Program-made: the position numbers and the translations under genes | Notes under the pieces: model-generated | What the model saw: the letters and a program-made list of their open reading frames with translations, nothing else | Told to the model about the DNA's origin: nothing | Database searches by the model: none | Origin: Candidatus Moraniibacteriota bacterium | Lineage (GTDB): Bacteria > Patescibacteriota > Minisyncoccia > Moranbacterales > UBA9337 | Assembly: GCA_036584565.1 (NCBI GenBank) | Contig: JAZHDF010000082.1 | Location: 1-44,858 of the forward strand | Direction of reading: 5' to 3' | DNA: 44,858 nt | Part shown: in pieces, positions 34,599 through 42,756 of the stretch | Numbering within the stretch: position 1 is the first letter of the stretch | How the letters are laid out: every line of letters starts with the position of its first letter

Positions 34599-37500
34599 TT
34601 ATGCTTCATCTTCCTGACTCTTTTTTATTCCTGTCAATTCCACATCCATACACAAGCCTTTTAATTCATTAACCAATACATGGAAAGAGGCCGGGATGCT
34701 CGGACTGCTGATTTTTTCTCCCTTGATGATAGACTCGTAAGCGCTGGATCTTCCTCTAACATCGTCGGATTTAATCGTCAACATTTCCTGCAAAGAGTAG
34801 GCCGCTCCGTAACCCTCCAGCGCCCATACCTCCATCTCTCCAAAACGCTGTCCTCCGAATTGAGCTTTTCCGCCCAAGGGTTGCTGAGTAATTAAAGAAT
34901 AAGGTCCGATGGAACGCATATGCATCTTGTCATCGATCAAATGGTTCAATTTCATAATATACATCACTCCGACTGTCGATTCATTATCGAAATATTCTCC
35001 GGTTTTTCCGTCAACCAATCTTACTTTTCCGTTTTCCGGCAAACCGGCTTTTTTTAATTCCGCTTTGATATCATCTTCGTTCACTCCGTCCAAAGCCGGG
35101 GTAGCCACATTGTAACCCAGTTTTGAAGCCGCCCAACCCATATGAATTTCCAAAATCTGACCGATATTCATACGACTGGCCACACCCAAAGGATTTAAGA
35201 TAACATCCATCGGAGTTCCGTCCGGCAAATGAGGCATATCCTCAACCGGCGCGATTCTGGAAATAACACCTTTGTTTCCATGTCTTCCAGCCAATTTGTC
35301 TCCCACCGCCACTCTTCTCAACTGAGCAATGGAAACCTGAATTTTTTTGATTACACCGGTGGAAAGTTTGTCACCTTGTTCTCTGGAGAAAACTCTCACA
35401 TCCACCACTTTACCGTGTTTGCCGTGAGAGAGATATAGAGAAGAATCTTTGACATCTCTGGATTTTTCACCGAAAATAGCTCGCAACAATCTTTCTTCCG
35501 CCGTCAAATCACCCTCTCCTTTGGGAGTGATTTTGCCGACCAAGATATCACCGGAAACCACCTCGGCCCCCACTCGAATAATTCCTTCTTGATCCAAATT
35601 TTTTAAACGGTCTTCGCCGATATTGGGAATGTCTCGAGTAACTACTTCCGGTCCGAGCTTGGTATCTCGCACATCAATCGAAAAATCCTCGATATGGATA
35701 GAGCTGTATCTGTCATCATGCAACAATCTCTCCGACAAAATCATAGCATCTTCAAAATTATAGCCCTCCCAAGGAATAAAAGCGGTTAACACATTTTGTC
35801 CCAAAGCGATTTCTCCGTGATCGGTAGAAGCGCCATCAGCCAATAATTGACCTTTGACCACTTTGTCTCCCACCGTTACCCGCGGGATCTGATTCATACT
35901 GGTAAAAGCGTTGGACTTGGCAAAACTCTGCAAAACATATTCTCTTTTATAAAATTTATTTTTCGCTCCGGCCGGATTTTCTTCTCTGATTACGATTCGA
36001 CCGGCATCGGCCACGATTACTTCTCCATCCTTCTTGGCTAAAACCACCTGACCGCTGTCCGCCGCCGCTTTGTCCTCGATTCCGGTACCCACAATCGGAG
36101 CTTCGGGATTAACACAAGAAACTGCTTGACGTTGCATATTTGAACCCATCAAAGCTCGATTGGCATCGTCATGCTCCAAAAAAGGAATCATTGAAGTCGC
36201 CACCGAAATACATTGTTTAGCGGAAACATCGACAAAATCGATACTGTCTATTTCGATCATGGAAGGATGGCCCTTTACTCGCGCCTCGGCATTTTTAGTG
36301 ATAATATTTCCATAATCATCGGTTTTTATCCCGGCGTGCGCAATGGTCTTTCTGTCCTCGACGGTCGCATCGATAAATTCTATTTCTTCACTGATAAAAG
36401 GCACGACCCTGATCTCGTCCTTACCGGCTTTACTTAATTCTTTGGCTTTTTTGGCATCGATAAAGTCACCTTTTTTGCCGATTCCGTTGATATTTTCATC
36501 CAAAATTCTGTTTTCCAAAAGTTCGGAATTATTTTTAACACTTCGAACCACTTTCAAATAAGGAGTTTCCAAAAACCCGTATTTATTTATCCGCGAGTAG
36601 GTGGCCATTTGACCGACCAATCCGATATTCGGACCTTCCGGAGTCTGCACCGGACAAATTCTTCCGTAATGAGAATGATGCACATCTCGCACCTCAAAGC
36701 CGGCTCTTTCTCTGGTCAAACCGCCGGGTCCCATGGCGCTCAATCTTCGCTTGTGTTCCAACTCGGCCAAAGGATTGACTTGGTCCATAAATTGAGAAAG
36801 CTGGGAACTGGAAAAAAATTCCTTAATTGCGGCCGCTACCGGACGAGAGTTGACGATTTGACCCGGCACTACCGTATCGACATCACAAGTACTCATCCTG
36901 TCTTTGGCGTTTCTGGCCATTCTGGCCATTCCGACTCTCAATTTGTTTTGAATCAACTCGCCCACCCCTCGCACTCTTCGGTTTCCAAGATGATCGATAT
37001 CGTCGGCTTGCGCTAAAGGATCGTTATTTAAACGAATAATTTCTTTGATAATCAAAACCAAATCATCCACCATTAAAATTCTATTTTCTTTGTCATCCGA
37101 CAAGCTCAATTCCAAACGCTGATTAAGACGATATCGTCCCACGCTGCCGAAATCGTATTTGTCAAAATCAAAAAACATCGAATCGATCATTTGTTTGGCA
37201 TTTTCTTCGGTGGCAAAATCTCCCGGTCGCACTCTTTTATAAATTTCTTTGTAACTTTCGCCTTGAGTTTTGCAAATATCTTTGGCCAAAGTGGTTTCCA
37301 AATAATCGATATCTCCCTTGTTTACATCGGCGAAAGCTTTTTTCATTATGGCGTTACTTTGTCCGAAAGCTCTCAGCAAAGAAGTGATCGGCAATTTTCT
37401 TTTACGATCGATTTTTACCGAGATAACTCCTTCCGAATCGGTGTCGATTTCCAACCAAGCTCCGCGATTGGGAATTATTTTAGCGCCGAAAGTCTTCCTA

Positions 37501-37982
37501 CCTTTTTGGTAAGTCATAGTAAAAAACACACCGGGGCTTCGAATAAGTTGGTGCACCACTACGCGCTCCACTCCGTTGATGATAAAAGTTCCTCTTTCGG
37601 TCATTATCGGAAAGTCGCCCAAGTAAATTTCCTGTTCTCTTATTTCTCCGGTTTTTTTAATCAGCAAGGAAGCTTTGGCTTTAAGCGGCGCTTCATAAGA
37701 AATATTTTTTTCTTTGGAAACCGACTCTATATATTTGGGTTCATCCAAATAAAAATCCGAGACAGTTACCTCCAAATTTCCCGAAGAATCTTTGAGGGGA
37801 TTTATTTCGTCGATTAAATCTTGAAAACCTTTTTCCAAGAACCAATTATATGAATCTGTTTGAGATTCGATAAGATTGGGCAAAGAAACCATAATGCTTC
37901 TTTTGAAAAACTTTCTTTTGGAGAGAGATGACGACGAACCTATCTTTTTTTTGACCTTGAGCTCCTTCTTGCTTTTAGACAT
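34599..37982 (-). CDS. rpoB: DNA-directed RNA polymerase subunit beta
   Basis: Motifs PNLIESQTDSY, GRHGNKGV and PFLEHDDANRALMGSNMQRQAV. The ATG at 37982 is preferred; the track ORF starts at a TTG at 38015. Confidence 0.98.
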   Translation of the reverse strand: MSKSKKELKVKKKIGSSSSLSKRKFFKRSIMVSLPNLIESQTDSYNWFLEKGFQDLIDEINPLKDSSGNLEVTVSDFYLDEPKYIESVSKEKNISYEAPLKAKASLLIKKTGEIREQEIYLGDFPIMTERGTFIINGVERVVVHQLIRSPGVFFTMTYQKGRKTFGAKIIPNRGAWLEIDTDSEGVISVKIDRKRKLPITSLLRAFGQSNAIMKKAFADVNKGDIDYLETTLAKDICKTQGESYKEIYKRVRPGDFATEENAKQMIDSMFFDFDKYDFGSVGRYRLNQRLELSLSDDKENRILMVDDLVLIIKEIIRLNNDPLAQADDIDHLGNRRVRGVGELIQNKLRVGMARMARNAKDRMSTCDVDTVVPGQIVNSRPVAAAIKEFFSSSQLSQFMDQVNPLAELEHKRRLSAMGPGGLTRERAGFEVRDVHHSHYGRICPVQTPEGPNIGLVGQMATYSRINKYGFLETPYLKVVRSVKNNSELLENRILDENINGIGKKGDFIDAKKAKELSKAGKDEIRVVPFISEEIEFIDATVEDRKTIAHAGIKTDDYGNIITKNAEARVKGHPSMIEIDSIDFVDVSAKQCISVATSMIPFLEHDDANRALMGSNMQRQAVSCVNPEAPIVGTGIEDKAAADSGQVVLAKKDGEVIVADAGRIVIREENPAGAKNKFYKREYVLQSFAKSNAFTSMNQIPRVTVGDKVVKGQLLADGASTDHGEIALGQNVLTAFIPWEGYNFEDAMILSERLLHDDRYSSIHIEDFSIDVRDTKLGPEVVTRDIPNIGEDRLKNLDQEGIIRVGAEVVSGDILVGKITPKGEGDLTAEERLLRAIFGEKSRDVKDSSLYLSHGKHGKVVDVRVFSREQGDKLSTGVIKKIQVSIAQLRRVAVGDKLAGRHGNKGVISRIAPVEDMPHLPDGTPMDVILNPLGVASRMNIGQILEIHMGWAASKLGYNVATPALDGVNEDDIKAELKKAGLPENGKVRLVDGKTGEYFDNESTVGVMYIMKLNHLIDDKMHMRSIGPYSLITQQPLGGKAQFGGQRFGEMEVWALEGYGAAYSLQEMLTIKSDDVRGRSSAYESIIKGEKISSPSIPASFHVLVNELKGLCMDVELTGIKKSQEDEA

Positions 37983-38102
37983 AAAAACAATTCCCACCAT
38001 AACCCTTTTTTGCAAAACAAAAAAGAGTTATTTAATGAGTTCTTAAATAAGTTATTTAGTTGTTTTTTCTATATATGTAGTTCATTTGGTATCTACATAT
38101 CT

Positions 38103-38130
38103 ATTATACATATATAAATAGAAATGTCAA
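38103..38130 (-). promoter_or_regulatory. rpoB promoter TTGACA-N16-TATAAT
   Basis: On the minus strand the -35 is at 38125-38130 and the -10 at 38103-38108. Confidence 0.6.
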
Positions 38131-38204
38131 ATTAGTGTATAAGTCCAATCCATTTTACACTCTTTGAAAAAATTAAAGACATAAACCGCAGGATAAAATC
38201 AGGT

Positions 38205-38522
38205 TTATAAAGGATAAAAAAACCGTCTCTCCGAGGAAAGACGGGCTGATATATTTGAATTTAAGTCGATATTGCCCATACCAAGATTGAATCCAAGTTC
38301 ACCGGCATTATTATACCAATATCTGGCATCTCCGCTGATGCCGGCCGATGCCAAGTCCGGACGCATAAAGGCCGCCCACCAGGTACAATTACCATATGCA
38401 CCACATTGAAAATAACTTGTTGTGGATGTATATCCGTAACATTTCAAGTCACCGGAGAAAACAGTATCTCCATTCAGAATCCCGACTATACTTATCACCA
38501 ACCAAATAAATATCGTTTTCAT
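38205..38522 (-). pseudogene. Truncated CHAP-domain (peptidoglycan amidase/peptidase) protein
   Basis: Signal/TM segment, then the catalytic-Cys context GNCTWWAAFMRPDL typical of the CHAP N-terminal half. The ORF ends before the expected His/Asp half. A GGAGG Shine-Dalgarno is present, so it may still be expressed. Confidence 0.45.
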
Positions 38523-38634
38523 TTTTTACGAACCTCCACATTTGTATTGACAAAGAGCTAAAAAATTCTCAAGAAGCAATTCAGCTGCTTCATAGTTTTA
38601 GCAAAAATATTACTAAAACAAAAATAAGCCGAAT

Positions 38635-39354
38635 TTAGAAAGCTTTACTCAATATCATATTCTTTGCAATCTCATAAAAAATTTCTTTTTTTGCTAAATT
38701 ATCTTCAGTTGTCCGAATCGAAAAGAAAATTTTGTTTTTCTCATTAACTACAAAATAAGTTTGCACCTTTTGATAATTTGAATCCGCAAAAATACAATTT
38801 GCAATAATAATGGGTAAGTCTGTTAAATCAGAAGAATATTCACATATTGCTTGTAAATGATTCTCTCTTATTCCGCGAAGTCCGGACTCAATGCTTTGTT
38901 GCGGAGTACCAGCATCGGATGTTGCCGCTCCGCTAAAAGAAATAACCACCTCATTTTTATTTTCAAATTCTAAAGGATAATTACCTCCGGTCCCCACCCC
39001 TATATCCGCATATTTATCTATATCAAAATTAGGATTATTTGTAATCATTCGTGAATGATATCCCGTTTTTTCAGGATCCGATTCCAACCAATACCACTCT
39101 TTTGGAAATTTGATTGTAAAAAATTCCGTTTCTTTTGTTTGCCAATGATCAACATTCATGTCGACATCGACAACAAATTCTTGTTTTTTTTCTTGATTTA
39201 GATGTTGCGATTCTTCTGTAGCGACATCGTTTTCTGCTTTTTCTTTTAAAATAATTTCATTACTTCCCTCTTGATTTTTTGCAACCCAAAAACCGATTCC
39301 CGCTATCGCCGAAATTAACATTATAGAAATTACAATAATTGATTTATTTTTCAT
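38635..39354 (-). CDS. Membrane-anchored extracytoplasmic protein, unknown function
   Basis: 239 aa with an N-terminal TM anchor (IIVISIMLISAIAGIGFWVA). Confidence 0.45.
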   Translation of the reverse strand: MKNKSIIVISIMLISAIAGIGFWVAKNQEGSNEIILKEKAENDVATEESQHLNQEKKQEFVVDVDMNVDHWQTKETEFFTIKFPKEWYWLESDPEKTGYHSRMITNNPNFDIDKYADIGVGTGGNYPLEFENKNEVVISFSGAATSDAGTPQQSIESGLRGIRENHLQAICEYSSDLTDLPIIIANCIFADSNYQKVQTYFVVNEKNKIFFSIRTTEDNLAKKEIFYEIAKNMILSKAF

Positions 39355-39466
39355 CGAATTTGATACAGTTTTACTCTTTCAGGATAACATTGATTATTTT
39401 TTTACGTCAAACAAATATTTATAGATACAACAAATTAGTCATTTTAAGCAGTTTAAACTATCCTCT

Positions 39467-40990
39467 TTAAATCAATTCATCCAATCTGACCAGCTCGTCT
39501 TTTAAAACCAGCGTGGCCTTGCAATCATCCTCGTTATAATCCAAAATTCTCTGCAAATCCTCGGGCTTTTCGGTCTCCAAATATTGATTGAACCATTGAA
39601 TCGACAAAGCGCCCGAAGGAGTTTTGTCCCGCCAACTGAAGCCCAGATATTGGGCGATTTCTTTGATGGAATAACTGCCCAAAGGCCAATCCGTATCGGC
39701 TAAGACTATTTTATACAAATCAATCACCTTGGGATTACTGAAAAATGCGCCCAATTCCTCAATCGAGATAACCTCCGGATATTTCTTTTGCATTTTGAAA
39801 TAGGTGTTTTTTTCGTGAGGAGAATAATAATAAACCGCAAAATCATCCTCGGGCAATGAGCGGATGTAATCCCAAAATCTTTGCCAAGCATCCCGCTCGG
39901 CTTCTCGAGAATCGTCCCGGGCGGTAAAATCCAAAAACCACTCCCCCTGCGGACTCCGCTCGTACACTCCGTGGAGATAAACAAACTCCCGTGTCGGATC
40001 ATCCTCGATATCAAAAAACAATTCATATTTCACTTCGGGTAAATTCAATTTTCTGTACAAAACCGCTCCCTTGCCGTTTTCCAAAATATCCGCCCGGGCA
40101 ATAATTTTTTCCAGTGTCTTTTCGCCCACTCCTTTGAGGAAATTTTTATCTTGCTTTTTTCTCTCCAGCACTTCCCGCACATCCAACTCGAGCATTTCTC
40201 CGACTTTTTCGATATACAAATCTTGGTTGATAATATCTCGTTTGGAGCGCCCCAGATAAAAAATATTGGTCAAGTCTTTATTTTCTTTGCACCATTTTTT
40301 GCAACTCTTGTACCACGGACACAGTTTGCAACTGCCCGCCATGGCCGGTTTGTTTTGAACTTTATTATTGATTAAATTTTCCACTTGTTCCTTGGTCTCC
40401 TCATAAAATTCCCAGAAAGTTTGCTTATTTATTTTTCCCAGAGGCTGGTCTAAAAAATATTCTTTCTCCGTACCGCTGGCATCAATCACAAAACTCCGCT
40501 TGGATTTGCCAAAACCCAAAATATTCAAAAGCTCAATATATAGACAAAGCTGAACGGCATAAGTTTTCTTCGGCTTGCCGTTTCCGTTTTCCAAATCCTC
40601 TTCATCGTTAAAATCGCTTGCTCCGGCAAATCCCATACCCGATTTGATCTCAATCGGCGCATAACTCCCGTCCGGCATCCGACGCAAAAGATCGGGAATA
40701 CCTTTAAGATTGCCATACACCAACACGCCCTGATAAATCAAAGGCACGCCCTCGCGCATGGCTTTGATTGTCTCGACAAATCTGTCTTGCAATTTTCCCT
40801 CGCGCAAATCCAAATATTCGCCCATCTTGGCCACCACTTCTTCTTCGTGAGCCACTCCTCTGTTCCAAAGCAATTCCACGAAGGGATTTTTTTCTTCTAT
40901 TTTTTCTTCCTTCGGACCGTAAACATCCCGCCACACCTTGTGCGGACATTGGATATAATCGTAAAGTTTTGAACCGGTGATTGTTTTCAT
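39467..40990 (-). CDS. TM0106-family RecB-like nuclease (Cas4-like PD-(D/E)xK N-domain plus RNase-H-like C-domain)
   Basis: 507 aa. N-terminus KLYDYIQCPHKVWRD, then GIPDLL...IEIKSG, a Cys cluster CKLCPWYKSC, GVGEKTLEKI, and C-terminal ELFFDIEDDP...YLHG. Confidence 0.7.
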   Translation of the reverse strand: MKTITGSKLYDYIQCPHKVWRDVYGPKEEKIEEKNPFVELLWNRGVAHEEEVVAKMGEYLDLREGKLQDRFVETIKAMREGVPLIYQGVLVYGNLKGIPDLLRRMPDGSYAPIEIKSGMGFAGASDFNDEEDLENGNGKPKKTYAVQLCLYIELLNILGFGKSKRSFVIDASGTEKEYFLDQPLGKINKQTFWEFYEETKEQVENLINNKVQNKPAMAGSCKLCPWYKSCKKWCKENKDLTNIFYLGRSKRDIINQDLYIEKVGEMLELDVREVLERKKQDKNFLKGVGEKTLEKIIARADILENGKGAVLYRKLNLPEVKYELFFDIEDDPTREFVYLHGVYERSPQGEWFLDFTARDDSREAERDAWQRFWDYIRSLPEDDFAVYYYSPHEKNTYFKMQKKYPEVISIEELGAFFSNPKVIDLYKIVLADTDWPLGSYSIKEIAQYLGFSWRDKTPSGALSIQWFNQYLETEKPEDLQRILDYNEDDCKATLVLKDELVRLDELI

Positions 40991-40991
40991 T
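40963..40991. repeat. Nuclease 5' end, duplicated at 42131-42159
   Basis: 27 of 29 identical. Both differences are synonymous in codons 1-10. Confidence 0.75.
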
Positions 40992-40995
40992 GGGT

Positions 40996-41610
40996 TTATT
41001 TTTTAAAATTATTCAGATCATTTAAAGCAATTTCGACTGTTCCGGAGGAAACTGAAAATAAAGAAGCGATATGACCAGCTAGATATGAGTTTAATGTTTT
41101 TTCATCAAAAACAGAAATGTCCCGCTTCTTACTCAATTTTTCTCTTAAAATCTTTTCTCTTATTTTGGAAAGTTCTTCTCTTGGCACCAGAAAGTAATTG
41201 GCAAATTTGTTGGCTTGAGTCTCAAGATATGAATATTCATCCGCATCAATTTCCTCCATAAATTCATAAATTTCATCCATACTGGAAATATTTAATTTTT
41301 CATAAAAAACCCTATGCAAAACCAAATGCCCCAATTCATGCGCCAAAGAGAATCTGAATCTGCTCGTATTGTTTTCATAATTTTTCAGATCGACATAGAT
41401 AGATTTAAAATCAGATGCTATCTGAGCATCCAATCCGCATTGACTCATCAAATCCGGTATCGGAATTATTTCTATTCCCATTTTTAACTCCACTATCTCC
41501 TCTATTTCAACAGGAATTCCTTTTTTCCAATATTTCAGCCTCAAACTATCCGCTTTATTTTTTATTTCTCCGTTGCTGATAAAAGCAATTTTTATGTTTT
41601 TATATTTCAT
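40996..41610 (-). CDS. ImmA/IrrE-family (M78) zinc metallopeptidase
   Basis: HExxH in FSLAHELGHLVLH, with a downstream E in QANKFANYFLVPREEL. ATG at 41610, or TTG at 41619 as in the track. Confidence 0.78.
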   Translation of the reverse strand: MKYKNIKIAFISNGEIKNKADSLRLKYWKKGIPVEIEEIVELKMGIEIIPIPDLMSQCGLDAQIASDFKSIYVDLKNYENNTSRFRFSLAHELGHLVLHRVFYEKLNISSMDEIYEFMEEIDADEYSYLETQANKFANYFLVPREELSKIREKILREKLSKKRDISVFDEKTLNSYLAGHIASLFSVSSGTVEIALNDLNNFKK

Positions 41611-41621
41611 TTGTCTCAATA

Positions 41622-42005
41622 TTAGGAGTTTTTTATGAAATTGATTATTTTATCCATGTCTTCCTTGGTTGGTTTTTTATTTTTTAACGTTCGGAAAAAG
41701 GCCGGTAAGTTAGCCACCAGTTCTCTCTCTTCCATAATCTCAGAGGGAATTATCCCTTGGGCCACATTGGCATTGTATATAAAATTATCGAATTCTTTGG
41801 TACCGCTCTTTAATCCGAGAGTCTTTGCCCATAAATTCAATATTTTTTTATCGGCCGGCGGCGATATTTTTCCTCTTTCAATTTTGCTAAAATTACTCGG
41901 ATCATATCCGACCCTACGACACATTTCTCTTAGCGTAAATTCTTTTTTGATTCGGAGTTCATACAAAAGTCTTCCGAATTTTTTTAAATTATCCCCCTTA
42001 TTCAT
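41622..42005 (-). CDS. XRE-family helix-turn-helix transcriptional regulator
   Basis: HTH_3 pattern LRIKKEFTLREMCRRVGYDPSNFSKIERGKISPP. Confidence 0.8.
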   Translation of the reverse strand: MNKGDNLKKFGRLLYELRIKKEFTLREMCRRVGYDPSNFSKIERGKISPPADKKILNLWAKTLGLKSGTKEFDNFIYNANVAQGIIPSEIMEERELVANLPAFFRTLKNKKPTKEDMDKIINFIKNS

Positions 42006-42026
42006 ATTTTTTTGCTTATTTAAATT

Positions 42027-42066
42027 AAAATATCCTTGTGGTAATATATTACCACAAGGATATTTT
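42027..42066. promoter_or_regulatory. Perfect 40-bp palindrome (20-bp arms), candidate XRE operator
   Basis: AAAATATCCTTGTGGTAATA/TATTACCACAAGGATATTTT, 21 nt upstream of the xre ATG. It overlaps the spacer, the -10 and the predicted transcription start of the promoter. Confidence 0.6.
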
Positions 42067-42073
42067 TTGTCAA
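42046..42073 (-). promoter_or_regulatory. xre-immA-nuclease promoter TTGACA-N16-TAATAT
   Basis: On the minus strand the -35 is at 42068-42073 and the -10 at 42046-42051, in the palindrome centre. Confidence 0.55.
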
Positions 42074-42122
42074 ATACCGCAAATATTTAGCCACCCCGTC
42101 AAGCTTTATTTGGATATTAAAT

Positions 42123-42159
42123 TTAACAATAAAGTTTTGAACCAGTAATTGTTTTCATT
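42123..42159 (-). pseudogene. Relic 5' end of the RecB-like nuclease gene (MKTITGSKLYC*)
   Basis: The first 10 codons encode the same peptide as ORF 39467-40990 and are followed by a stop. Confidence 0.7.
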
Positions 42160-42172
42160 AAGTTTTTACGCA

Positions 42173-42201
42173 ATTATACATACTATTGATTTTATTGTCA
42201 T
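42173..42201 (-). promoter_or_regulatory. Probable ancestral nuclease promoter ATGACA-N17-TATAAT
   Basis: On the minus strand the -10 is at 42173-42178 and the -35 at 42196-42201, 15 nt upstream of the relic ATG. Confidence 0.4.
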
Positions 42202-42297
42202 TTTATGCTATATTTTAGCTAAGCTTTACAGTGTAAAGCTGTCGGTATTTCTGGAAGGTTGTTGACCCAAAAATAACAGCTTTCCCCCGCAAGGGTT

Positions 42298-42756
42298 TCA
42301 CAATTTGTTTTTCAACTCCTGAAGTGTTATTTCTATACACTTCTTTTTTTGTTTTAAATACATTTTATTATGGTTTCTTCCGAAATCAAAAAATGTTCCC
42401 ATCTGCAACTTACCACTTCCAATGCGAGATCGCAAATAAACAACACATTCTAAATCATAACAAAAAATAGCAAAAGTTCCTCGATCATCTTCATACATCA
42501 ATTCTGTATTAAAATTTCCCGCCAATATTTCTTTTATAAATAACATCCTCTTTGCTCTCCTAGTACTGAACCTATATTCTCCACCCTTGCCTGGCTCAAA
42601 AAATATGTGATTAAAATCTTTTTCAATAAAAGAAATTGGGATATCTCCAATAGAAAAATCTTTCCCTATAAAAGTACTATTATAGAAATCCCGATATTGA
42701 TTCTCATTTTCTAATATTATTATTTCAGCTTTTTTCATCAATTTCCTTCCAAACAA
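42298..42756 (-). CDS. Uncharacterised small protein, 'HIF-motif' family, partner of DUF3800
   Basis: 152 aa (146 aa from the ATG at 42738). It overlaps the DUF3800 stop by 14-32 nt. It shares collinear motifs with ORF 4203-4601. Confidence 0.55.
   Translation of the reverse strand: MFGRKLMKKAEIIILENENQYRDFYNSTFIGKDFSIGDIPISFIEKDFNHIFFEPGKGGEYRFSTRRAKRMLFIKEILAGNFNTELMYEDDRGTFAIFCYDLECVVYLRSRIGSGKLQMGTFFDFGRNHNKMYLKQKKKCIEITLQELKNKL

Noticed and set aside
31629-37817. Plus-strand ORFs of 135-268 aa antisense to rpoC and rpoB (31629-32435, 32817-33545, 36609-37016, 37191-37817)
   Set aside because: They overlap universally conserved genes on the opposite strand and have no recognisable domains.
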